A DNA stretch of 48,231 nucleotides from IMG/VR virus record IMGVR_UViG_3300045988_117048, positions 1-48,231 of that record. One strand, written 5' to 3'. The stretch is from a virus. Position 1 is the first letter of the stretch. Each line of letters opens with the position of its first letter. The translations under genes and the position numbers were made by a program. The notes under the pieces are model-generated. The model was not told the origin of the DNA and made no database searches. It saw nothing but the letters and a program-made list of their open reading frames with translations. Positions 1 to 6,797 of the stretch are shown here, one piece after another.

Positions 1-99
1 ATTAAACCTTAAAAGTGTCAAGTTTTTGTCAATTATTTGTACTTAATAAAATACAAGTAATCTCTAATCTAACAAGTGTAACAAATACACAAAAAAAAG
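1..99. repeat. Terminal direct repeat, copy 1 (identical to 48133-48231); most likely assembler overlap of a circular or circularly permuted genome
   Basis: Read directly: first 99 nt equal last 99 nt of the window. Confidence 0.95.
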
Positions 100-150
100 A
101 AAATAATAATAATATAAGTAATTAATACAATAATAAACAATAAACTACTA

Positions 151-168
151 TATATAGTATACTATATA
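151..168. repeat. 18-bp perfect palindrome TATATAGTATACTATATA in AT-rich non-coding region
   Basis: tatatagta / tactatata are exact reverse complements. Confidence 0.85.
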
Positions 169-263
169 AGCGAGTAAGTACAAAAAAAAGAGTATATAAA
201 AGTAGTATAATGTATTTTAAGGTATAAAATAGGCACTTTTAGGGTTATATAGTAATAAATAAG

Positions 264-298
264 TACTATAATACAATATTACTATAGTAATACAATAT
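264..298 (+). repeat. Imperfect tandem repeat TACTATA-ATACAATAT / TACTATAGTAATACAATAT
   Basis: Adjacent near-identical 16/19-nt units read in sequence. Confidence 0.7.
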
Positions 299-314
299 AA
301 AACCATTTTTAAGC

Positions 315-342
315 ATAAAAAAAGACTAGTAAAATAGTCTTT
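315..342 (-). terminator. Intrinsic terminator after the 341-547 gene
   Basis: Minus sense AAAGACUA-UUUUAC-UAGUCUUU followed by UUUU; overlaps the stop codon. Confidence 0.7.
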
Positions 343-547
343 AATCTTTAAATAGTACTAAGCTATGCTTTTTTAATATTTTCAAATCTTGCAAGCTTGT
401 AGTTATGTTATTGTAAACTTGTGACTTCTTATAATAGTTTTTTAAATCATTAAGCGCTTGCTTTAAGTTAGTATATTCTTTTAAGTACCTAATATCATTT
501 AATTTACAATCGTACTGGTAAAGTGTGTAAAAGTGTTTAGTTTTCAT
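341..547 (-). CDS. Hypothetical protein (68 aa)
   Basis: ORF track; start overlaps stop region of upstream gene; followed by a terminator. Confidence 0.6.
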   Translation of the reverse strand: MKTKHFYTLYQYDCKLNDIRYLKEYTNLKQALNDLKNYYKKSQVYNNITTSLQDLKILKKHSLVLFKD

Positions 548-917
548 TTACTACATCGCCCCATAATTTTAGAATTTTCTTTTCTTCTTCTTCTTTAATT
601 GATATAATTAAAGAATTTAATAATATATCTAACTTTTCTTTAAAGTTTTTATAATAATGATATTTTTCTTTTAATTCTTCAAACATTTTATTGTAAATAT
701 CAACTAATTCTTTTGGTACTTGTTTGCCAAATGTGCGGTAACCGGTTACAATTAAAGTATTATTATCAATTTTATAGACGTCGGCGTTCCAACCATACAC
801 GCCAGCTGTGTAGTAGTCCGCTTCAATAAATTCTAATATTTTCAGCTCGCAATACCCAACACAATAAATATTTTTGAAATTCTTTTTTAATTCTTTTTCA
901 CTTATTCTTATTTTCAT
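537..917 (-). CDS. Conserved-looking hypothetical protein (126 aa; motif YCELK...GVYGWNADVY)
   Basis: ORF; GAGG about 9 nt upstream of ATG; family not identifiable from memory. Confidence 0.7.
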   Translation of the reverse strand: MKIRISEKELKKNFKNIYCVGYCELKILEFIEADYYTAGVYGWNADVYKIDNNTLIVTGYRTFGKQVPKELVDIYNKMFEELKEKYHYYKNFKEKLDILLNSLIISIKEEEEKKILKLWGDVVNEN

Positions 918-981
918 TTTTTTATAACCTCATTTCATTTTTTTATTTTTTCATATCCAACGCGTCCAACACACTTTTCAA

Positions 982-1209
982 TTAATTATACAAGTAGTTG
1001 TATTCATTAATCAAGTCATTGATGTCAAACATCATATTGTCAAGTGTTACGTTCCAAATACAAATGAAGAATTTTTTTAAGTTTTCATATTTACAAGCTT
1101 TTAAGTTTAGCTTGTCACAAAAAGTAACATATCCATTTGTAAAGTCTTTTTGGCCTTGTAAAGTTAAGTTACTTTTTAACTCTTTAACAATTAATTGATA
1201 CTTTTTCAT
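982..1209 (-). CDS. Hypothetical protein (75 aa); start refined to ATG at 1209
   Basis: GAGGTGAGAAA precedes ATG (MKKYQLIV...); the track start at 1227 is a GTG lying inside the RBS. Confidence 0.65.
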   Translation of the reverse strand: MKKYQLIVKELKSNLTLQGQKDFTNGYVTFCDKLNLKACKYENLKKFFICIWNVTLDNMMFDINDLINEYNYLYN

Positions 1210-1263
1210 TTTCTCACCTCTTTCCACTTAAAACCTTTTGTGTCTCTTGCTTTAAGTACTTTA

Positions 1264-1292
1264 ATTGTATCACTTTTTACATACAATGTCAA
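1264..1292 (-). promoter_or_regulatory. Sigma-A-type promoter TTGACA-17-TACAAT with TGn
   Basis: Minus sense cgTTGACAttgtatgtaaaaagTGaTACAAT, upstream of the 982-1209 gene. Confidence 0.75.
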
Positions 1293-1384
1293 CGTTTTTT
1301 TTCACTTTTTTTATTTTCTTTTTCTTTATCCTTATTATATATACAAAAGTTTTTTTGATTTTTTTATAAAAAGTTTTCTATTTT

Positions 1385-1414
1385 TTCCATTTTTCAAAAA
1401 TGGCGTGATATAAT
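1385..1414 (+). promoter_or_regulatory. Candidate extended -10 promoter (TGaTATAAT, weak -35) for the plus-strand cassette; implies a ~315-nt leader
   Basis: ggcgTGaTATAAT at 1406-1414; only good -10 found on plus strand upstream of 1737. Confidence 0.45.
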
Positions 1415-1564
1415 GTAATCACTTAACACGCAAAGACTAGCTAAAGTCCAACGTGCTGAGTATTGCTATTTTACAACTACTTTACACACTTTACACTCAT
1501 TTGACGTTCCATTGTCATTTTGTTGACATTGCGTGAAATTTTCGGGGCTTGTGAGTTGTGAAAT

Positions 1565-1641
1565 GTCTGGAAATATTTTGCTAGAAAATGTGGAATATCT
1601 GGAAATAAAGTGCTAGAGAAAGTGTAAAATAGTCTAGAGAT
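1565..1641 (+). repeat. Iteron array L: GTCTGGAAAT (1565), ATCTGGAAAT (1597), GTCTAGAGAT (1632)
   Basis: Three direct copies spaced about 32 and 35 nt; same motif and similar spacing recur at 4997-5096. Confidence 0.7.
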
Positions 1642-1645
1642 TTTT

Positions 1646-1702
1646 GGACTTCTAGTTGTAGCTCTTTTAGAAAAATTTGTGTCTTTTGTTTTCTAGAAGT
1701 CC
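1646..1702 (+). promoter_or_regulatory. 10-bp inverted repeat GGACTTCTAG ... CTAGAAGTCC (37-nt spacer) just upstream of first plus-strand ORF
   Basis: Exact reverse complements at 1646-1655 and 1693-1702; leader stem or operator pair. Confidence 0.6.
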
Positions 1703-1736
1703 TTAAATCTAAAAAAAAGAAAGGTGGAATATTAAA

Positions 1737-2000
1737 ATGGAAACCGAAACAATGAAAAAAACTATGTTGAAAGACTTTAGGAAAGTGAATAAGAATGGTC
1801 AATATATGTTATGTGAAAGATATGGTATATCAAATGGCATTAAGATTAGAGCAATGATATATATTCAAACACATAAAAGACATACTAAAGAATGGCATAT
1901 ATGTATGAACAATTATATTGAACATTCAAAAGAATATCAACAAGCATATGATAAATATGTTAAAGATGTAAAAGCAAGATTAGAAAAATGTTTAGACTAG
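1737..2000 (+). CDS. Hypothetical protein (87 aa)
   Basis: ORF; AAAGGTGG RBS 8 nt upstream. Confidence 0.7.
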   Translation: METETMKKTMLKDFRKVNKNGQYMLCERYGISNGIKIRAMIYIQTHKRHTKEWHICMNNYIEHSKEYQQAYDKYVKDVKARLEKCLD

Positions 2001-2061
2001 AAAATTTGTAATAGTTTCTATGTTCTAATAGGGTATTGAGAAAGGAAAGGTAAGATAAGAT

Positions 2062-2232
2062 ATGAAAGAATTAATAGAAGTTGCTAAACAAATGATAAAT
2101 GACTACTTATATTATGGGTACAACTTAGAAACATGGATAGAACAAGACTACCCAATAACTAAAGTTTTAGGAATTGAAACAATAAAAAGATTATTTAAAG
2201 AACAAAAAGAAAAACTAGGAAAAATTAATTAA
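2062..2232 (+). CDS. Hypothetical small protein (56 aa; below ORF-track cutoff)
   Basis: Hand-translated MKELIEVAKQMINDY...KLGKIN*; AAAGGAAAGG upstream. Confidence 0.55.
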   Translation: MKELIEVAKQMINDYLYYGYNLETWIEQDYPITKVLGIETIKRLFKEQKEKLGKIN

Positions 2233-2252
2233 GAAAGAGAGAGTGAATTAAA

Positions 2253-2525
2253 ATGCAAATAAAAGAATTATATGTATTAAATTTATTAGACGAAATGGCA
2301 AGTGCTATGTTAAATCATAAAGTTGATAATGAATTTTATGATTATTATATGGAAAAAGATTTAAGTTGGCTTGTTGATAATAGAGAAAAGATAATCAATG
2401 ATGTAGTTAACAACTATGATAAACTAGAATTTGATTTTAGAGCTAAATATTATGATTATCTAAACAAATGGGACAAGAACGAGCTTAAAAAAGCCGTTGA
2501 AGATATGATTAAGGGGTGTGAATAA
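2253..2525 (+). CDS. Hypothetical acidic protein (90 aa)
   Basis: ORF track; purine-rich RBS region. Confidence 0.65.
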   Translation: MQIKELYVLNLLDEMASAMLNHKVDNEFYDYYMEKDLSWLVDNREKIINDVVNNYDKLEFDFRAKYYDYLNKWDKNELKKAVEDMIKGCE

Positions 2526-2527
2526 GT

Positions 2528-2734
2528 ATGAATTATATTTATATTAAAGGTTGGGGTATTCCTGTAGGTGCTTTTGACGAAGAAGAATTAAAAAAAGGTG
2601 TTGATAGAGAAGTTTTAAAAAAATATCAAGAAGAATATCCAGAATACAAGTATGTGAATACGAAAATAGAAAAAATACACAATGTTAGAAAACTAGTAAT
2701 ATATATTTGTAATGCAAACGATTTTAAAATATAA
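2528..2734 (+). CDS. Hypothetical protein (68 aa)
   Basis: ORF track; starts 3 nt after previous stop. Confidence 0.6.
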   Translation: MNYIYIKGWGIPVGAFDEEELKKGVDREVLKKYQEEYPEYKYVNTKIEKIHNVRKLVIYICNANDFKI

Positions 2735-2747
2735 GGGTGGTGTAATC

Positions 2748-2870
2748 ATGTATTTTAATAAGAAAAAATTATTAATGATATTAAGTATTATTAATATGTA
2801 TTTAAAAAATTATAGTTGGAAAGATTTAGAAATTTTAAGGGACGAAATAATTGAAAGGTTGGCGAAATAA
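2748..2870 (+). CDS. Hypothetical small protein (40 aa)
   Basis: Hand-translated MYFNKKKLLMILSIINMYLKNY...; AAGGGTGGTG RBS. Confidence 0.45.
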   Translation: MYFNKKKLLMILSIINMYLKNYSWKDLEILRDEIIERLAK

Positions 2871-2871
2871 T

Positions 2872-3165
2872 ATGACATATTATGATTTAGAATGTAGATA
2901 TGATACTAGACAAAGTTTTTATGGTAAAGCAAAAGTTAATTGTTATGAAAATGACGAAGTAATTCACAAAGAATTGATAAGTTATGGTACTTTAGTCGCA
3001 AATTATGTTGAATATAAAAAAGAAAGTAAAGAAGTTTTTGAATATTTTGGTAAATACTCACAAACAACAACTAGACACCAAAAAGAGTTTTTTAAGCAAA
3101 ATGGCTTAAATGATAAAGAAATTAAAGAATTATTTAATAAAGGGGAATTGATAAAAAATGACTAA
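2872..3165 (+). CDS. Conserved-looking phage protein (97 aa; SFYGKA...SYGTLVA...YSQTTTRHQKEF motifs); start refined
   Basis: ATG at 2872 directly after previous stop; track TTG start at 2851 would overlap the upstream ORF. Confidence 0.65.
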   Translation: MTYYDLECRYDTRQSFYGKAKVNCYENDEVIHKELISYGTLVANYVEYKKESKEVFEYFGKYSQTTTRHQKEFFKQNGLNDKEIKELFNKGELIKND

Positions 3166-3322
3166 ATTTGAAATATATAGTATACTAGAGAATATTGATT
3201 TAGTATATAAACTTGATAATAACCAGCTAGAAGATTTACTTGAGAGAATAGGAAATAGTCCAAAAGAAAGCTTATATGGGGCAATAAATATGTTTATTGT
3301 TAGTATATATGAAAGGAAGTAG
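3158..3322 (+). CDS. Hypothetical small protein (54 aa)
   Basis: Hand-translated MTKFEIYSILENIDL...; overlaps previous stop by 8 nt. Confidence 0.45.
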   Translation: MTKFEIYSILENIDLVYKLDNNQLEDLLERIGNSPKESLYGAINMFIVSIYERK

Positions 3323-3327
3323 ATAAA

Positions 3328-3543
3328 ATGGGAGAGTATTTAATAAAATATTTACTAAAAAATACCAAAATAGATTTATCTAATGATATTACACGAGAAG
3401 TAATTGAGAACTTCATATTTTATGCAATAGAAAACTTTAATAACTATGAAAATCAGTTAGCATATTATTTAAGTGATATGATACCAGAAATAAGTTTTAA
3501 AGATTTTCAATATATTATTAATAATTATGGGGAGAGTGAATAA
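3328..3543 (+). CDS. Hypothetical protein (71 aa)
   Basis: ORF; GAAAGGAAG RBS. Confidence 0.65.
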   Translation: MGEYLIKYLLKNTKIDLSNDITREVIENFIFYAIENFNNYENQLAYYLSDMIPEISFKDFQYIINNYGESE

Positions 3544-3544
3544 T

Positions 3545-3829
3545 ATGATATATCACAATGATAGAATAGAAGAAAAAGAAGATTATGTAATAGGTAGCAT
3601 AGGAGATTTAAAAGAGTATTTTAGGTATCAACTAGCAAGTTTATGTATGACAGGTAAAGAATGTGATTATGAAGAATTTAGAGATAATGTGAACAACATA
3701 ATTGACTTACTAGATAACTTGTATGAAGATACAATGAATAATATTTTAAGTGATTTAGATGTAGTAAAGGTTAGTAAACACCCTATGGGTAGTTTTATGA
3801 TAGAAAATGAGGTGGAAGATAATGAATGA
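3545..3829 (+). CDS. Hypothetical acidic protein (94 aa); start refined
   Basis: GGGGAGAGTG RBS precedes ATG at 3545. Confidence 0.65.
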   Translation: MIYHNDRIEEKEDYVIGSIGDLKEYFRYQLASLCMTGKECDYEEFRDNVNNIIDLLDNLYEDTMNNILSDLDVVKVSKHPMGSFMIENEVEDNE

Positions 3830-4028
3830 ATATACAATAGATTTTTTAGAATTAGTAAAAAATAGAGCAATATTTTTATATGAAGATAACGATAATGAAC
3901 CTATGCCAAGTAAAAAATTACAAGAAGAAGTTGCTAAAGCTGTTACAAATGATAGTGAACTATGGGATAAGATAAGTGAAACTATTGACTATTGGCTAGA
4001 CCATAGAGACATTTTGGAGAATGAATAA
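3822..4028 (+). CDS. Hypothetical acidic protein (68 aa); start refined
   Basis: GAGGTGGAAG RBS precedes ATG at 3822; 8-nt overlap with previous gene. Confidence 0.65.
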   Translation: MNEYTIDFLELVKNRAIFLYEDNDNEPMPSKKLQEEVAKAVTNDSELWDKISETIDYWLDHRDILENE

Positions 4029-4777
4029 TGGGACTAGTACGAGAAATTAAAGAAATAAGCCGTAACCAAACACGGCTTTTAGAAAAAGAAGAGAAACAAC
4101 ATTTTGAAGTTGAATTTGAAAAAGACATCATAAATTGTTTAAGAACCAACATAGAACAAGCAACGTTTGAGTACGGAACAAATGATGTATGGTTTAAGCA
4201 AGAAGAAATAATTATTAATACTATTGAAGATTTAAAACATATTACAATTAAAAAAAATGATATGAAACAAGAACAAGATAGTTTAGAAGATGTTATAGTA
4301 AACGAGCCTAAATATAATATTAATGAGTTAGAAGAGTATCAAATAAGTACTATTTTGGAAGATATGTTTGTAAAAGAAGTAAAGAAGTATTTACAATTAT
4401 TAAATTTACAAGAAAAAGCAAGTTTAAATAATCTTGTAGACGTTTTAGAAGAAGATATTGAAAATACATACTTATATTTAAGACAAGAAAAGTACTTAAA
4501 AAAAGATATTGTTAGAGTTTTAAAAGGGAATAGACAATTGAATTTACGTATAAAGCAATTTAATGACGATTATGATGTTAGTACAATTAAGAAAGCTTTT
4601 GAAAAGGCAACTAATAAAGTTTTAAATAAATATAGTTATGATGTAGATGTAAAAGAAAATACAATTAAAAGCAAAATTAAAAACGTACCACTTGCATACA
4701 AGTCATTAGCATTCTCATTCTTGTTAGACAAATGTGCTAGTGCATGGGCTAAGCCTAATAAATACAGCTTGAGATAG
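4028..4777 (+). CDS. Hypothetical protein (249 aa), last gene of plus-strand cassette
   Basis: ORF; GGAGA RBS; ATG overlaps previous stop (TAATG). Confidence 0.75.
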   Translation: MGLVREIKEISRNQTRLLEKEEKQHFEVEFEKDIINCLRTNIEQATFEYGTNDVWFKQEEIIINTIEDLKHITIKKNDMKQEQDSLEDVIVNEPKYNINELEEYQISTILEDMFVKEVKKYLQLLNLQEKASLNNLVDVLEEDIENTYLYLRQEKYLKKDIVRVLKGNRQLNLRIKQFNDDYDVSTIKKAFEKATNKVLNKYSYDVDVKENTIKSKIKNVPLAYKSLAFSFLLDKCASAWAKPNKYSLR

Positions 4778-4996
4778 TTGTATTTTTTTATGTATAAATA
4801 ATTTGCTACTCAAATACATATCAAAAAATCAATTTTGAGCCTATTTTGGAGTACATTTCAGCCCCGTTTTAATTGTTTTAGTACAAATATACTATCTTGT
4901 ATGTTTTCTTATCAGAAAGGCTTATTTTGGGGTTATATGATGTGTACCTTTTTTTGTACATTTTTTTCGTGTGGGTCAAGAAAAGGCGTGCTTTCA

Positions 4997-5096
4997 GTCT
5001 GGAGATTTTTTAGATATGAAAACAGTCTGGAAATTTTTTGTTTGGAAAACGCAAATAAAAAACCTGGAGATTTTCTCTAGGTCTGGAGTTATTTTT
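4997..5096 (+). repeat. Iteron array R: GTCTGGAGAT (4997), GTCTGGAAAT (5025), CCTGGAGAT (5063), GTCTGGAGTT (5081)
   Basis: Four direct copies, each followed by a T-run; same orientation as array L. Confidence 0.7.
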
Positions 5097-5310
5097 TCTT
5101 AGAATTTTTTTTCTTGTATTCTCTAGCTTGTTTTTTCTTTTCATTTCTGTAAGTTGGGTTATCCCAATAATAACTTTTGCTTTGCTTAGCTTCCTCTTTC
5201 TTATGTGTCTTAGCGTATTCTAATCTGTCTTCTTTCTTCTTTTCCCTATAAGATTTATTTTTTCTATAATAATCTCTAGCTTTCTTCTTTTCTAAAGCAG
5301 TACTAGCCAT
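5089..5310 (-). CDS. Very basic Lys/Tyr-rich small protein (73 aa; repeated YY.xN..YR..KK motif); start refined
   Basis: AAAGGAGTG RBS 6 nt before ATG (MASTALEKKK...); has its own consensus promoter. Confidence 0.7.
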   Translation of the reverse strand: MASTALEKKKARDYYRKNKSYREKKKEDRLEYAKTHKKEEAKQSKSYYWDNPTYRNEKKKQAREYKKKNSKKK

Positions 5311-5341
5311 ATATATCACTCCTTTTAATAATTATATTGAA

Positions 5342-5370
5342 ATTATATCATGTTCTAGCTTGGTTGTCAA
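5342..5370 (-). promoter_or_regulatory. Sigma-A-type promoter TTGACA-17-TATAAT with TGn
   Basis: Minus sense TTGACAaccaagctagaacaTGaTATAAT. Confidence 0.8.
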
Positions 5371-5379
5371 AATGGTGTT

Positions 5380-5411
5380 ATAAAAGAAAGAGAGGTGGTT
5401 AAATAACCACC
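5380..5411 (-). terminator. Intrinsic terminator of the ORF-free unit
   Basis: Minus sense GGUGGUUA-UU-UAACCACC followed by UCUCUUUCUUUU. Confidence 0.7.
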
Positions 5412-5563
5412 ATAGAATTAAATAAATGCAGAAACAATTAATAAAAGTTTCTATGTTCTAAAGAGTGATATAGTAAAATGTATTTATACTAAAAGATTTA
5501 GGGGGTATCTCGAAAGAAAAACATTATTCAAATGCTTACTTGACTAACACCATATCACTCTCT
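5380..5563 (-). ncRNA. Candidate ~180-nt small RNA (promoter to terminator, no ORF)
   Basis: Consensus promoter 5570-5598; 12-bp closing helix 5550-5561/5462-5473 with one G-U; hairpin AGAAAC-N11-GUUUCU; terminator. Confidence 0.55.
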
Positions 5564-5569
5564 ATTCAT

Positions 5570-5598
5570 ATTGTAACATTTTATTTAAAAATTGTCAA
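5570..5598 (-). promoter_or_regulatory. Sigma-A-type promoter TTGACA-17-TACAAT
   Basis: Minus sense gtgTTGACAatttttaaataaaatgtTACAAT, immediately after the stop of the RHH gene. Confidence 0.75.
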
Positions 5599-5600
5599 CA

Positions 5601-5798
5601 CTATCTAAGATAACTCTCAACATTTAAGTTTGTATTTCTTAATTCTTGTTCTTTCTTTTCTATGCTAGAGTATTTATCAACATAAGCCTTAATTATATCT
5701 CTAAGTCTTTTTTGATAATTCTTGCCACAAAGCCTCTTAAATTCTTCAAGCAAGTCACTTTCTATACGCATATTCAAATTCGAATTTAATCGTGCCAT
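5601..5798 (-). CDS. Ribbon-helix-helix (CopG/Arc-like) DNA-binding protein, downstream of the recombinase
   Basis: N-terminal beta-strand plus helix pattern LNMRIESDLLEEFKRLC. Confidence 0.6.
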   Translation of the reverse strand: MARLNSNLNMRIESDLLEEFKRLCGKNYQKRLRDIIKAYVDKYSSIEKKEQELRNTNLNVESYLR

Positions 5799-5814
5799 AC
5801 CGTTATTCCTCCTG

Positions 5815-6705
5815 TTAGTTAAATAATATGTTGCTTACGTTGTATTCAAGCTTGCTATTATCCCTAACACATTTGTTGATGTAACGATTTGTTGTAACAA
5901 GTGATTTTTGATGAAGAGTGTCTTGGATAGTTCTTGTGTCTGCACCATTTTGATAAGCTATAGTTGCAAAACTTCTTCTAAGGCTATGACATGATACTCT
6001 ATCTTCATCTATGCCATTGTCTCTGAATATCTTTTTGATTATACTTCTAATGGTTTTATTAGTTACTCCTTGCCCTTGATTATTGTTGCTAGTAGATATA
6101 AATATATAACCACTACTTCTATTACCAATATAATTATAAAGGTCATCAATTACTTGTGGGGATAACTTATTATACTCACTTTCATCATCTCTCTTTTTAC
6201 ATTTAACAAATAATACTACTTCTCCATTGTAAGTTTTGATGTTTTCTATTTTTGCAGTGGCGATTTCATTTGCTCTCAAACCAGTAGAACAGGCAAGACT
6301 GAATATTGCCTTTTCTCTAAGGTCAGTTATACCATTATAAATGCTTTTTAATTTCTCAGCAGAGATAATTTGAGTTTTAGGAAGTACTGATGTCCTAACA
6401 CTCTTCACATCTCTAGTAATATTTTCATACAAACCATTTAACTCTAAATACTTAAATAAAGCCCTTACAGCAGTCATATATGTATTGATAGTATTAATAG
6501 TCATGCTACTCTTTAATTCGTCTCTATATGCCTTAAAATTAATTCTAGTGGGGTTATTTATGTTATGTTTTTTTAGATAAGCCATAAAATTTAATATTCC
6601 CACTCTATAAGCCTTTAATGTTAACTCGTCTACGTCAACAAATTCCTCAAAACTTTCTTGTGCTTTGGATAAATCCACATTCTTAAATACAACTTCATTT
6701 TTCAT
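5815..6705 (-). CDS. int: Tyrosine recombinase / phage integrase (XerC/D-like, 296 aa)
   Basis: Catalytic-region motifs TGLRANE, HSLRRSFAT, ...TTNRYI (R..HxxR..Y). Confidence 0.9.
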   Translation of the reverse strand: MKNEVVFKNVDLSKAQESFEEFVDVDELTLKAYRVGILNFMAYLKKHNINNPTRINFKAYRDELKSSMTINTINTYMTAVRALFKYLELNGLYENITRDVKSVRTSVLPKTQIISAEKLKSIYNGITDLREKAIFSLACSTGLRANEIATAKIENIKTYNGEVVLFVKCKKRDDESEYNKLSPQVIDDLYNYIGNRSSGYIFISTSNNNQGQGVTNKTIRSIIKKIFRDNGIDEDRVSCHSLRRSFATIAYQNGADTRTIQDTLHQKSLVTTNRYINKCVRDNSKLEYNVSNILFN

Positions 6706-6731
6706 TTTCCATTTCTCCTCTTACGTTCAAT

Positions 6732-6760
6732 ATTGTAACACATTCTTTTATAAATGTCAA
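6732..6760 (-). promoter_or_regulatory. Sigma-A-type promoter TTGACA-17-TACAAT upstream of integrase
   Basis: Minus sense gtaTTGACAtttataaaagaatgtgtTACAAT. Confidence 0.75.
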
Positions 6761-6768
6761 TACAAATT

Positions 6769-6797
6769 TAAAAAAGAATACTATTTCTTAGTACTCT
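6769..6797 (-). terminator. Intrinsic terminator after the 6781-7029 gene
   Basis: Minus sense AGAGUACUA-AGAAA-UAGUAUUCU followed by UUUUUU; overlaps the stop codon. Confidence 0.7.

Noticed and set aside
1195-1802. ORFs 1195-1413 (+) and 1581-1802 (-) in the divergent control region
   Set aside because: They give Phe/Leu-rich translations of AT-rich DNA, have no RBS, and overlap promoters, iterons and the real 1737 start.
4835-5080. 81-aa plus-strand ORF in the gap after the cassette
   Set aside because: It has a TTG start without an RBS and a Phe/Cys/Trp-rich nonsense-like translation. The region is better explained by the iteron array.
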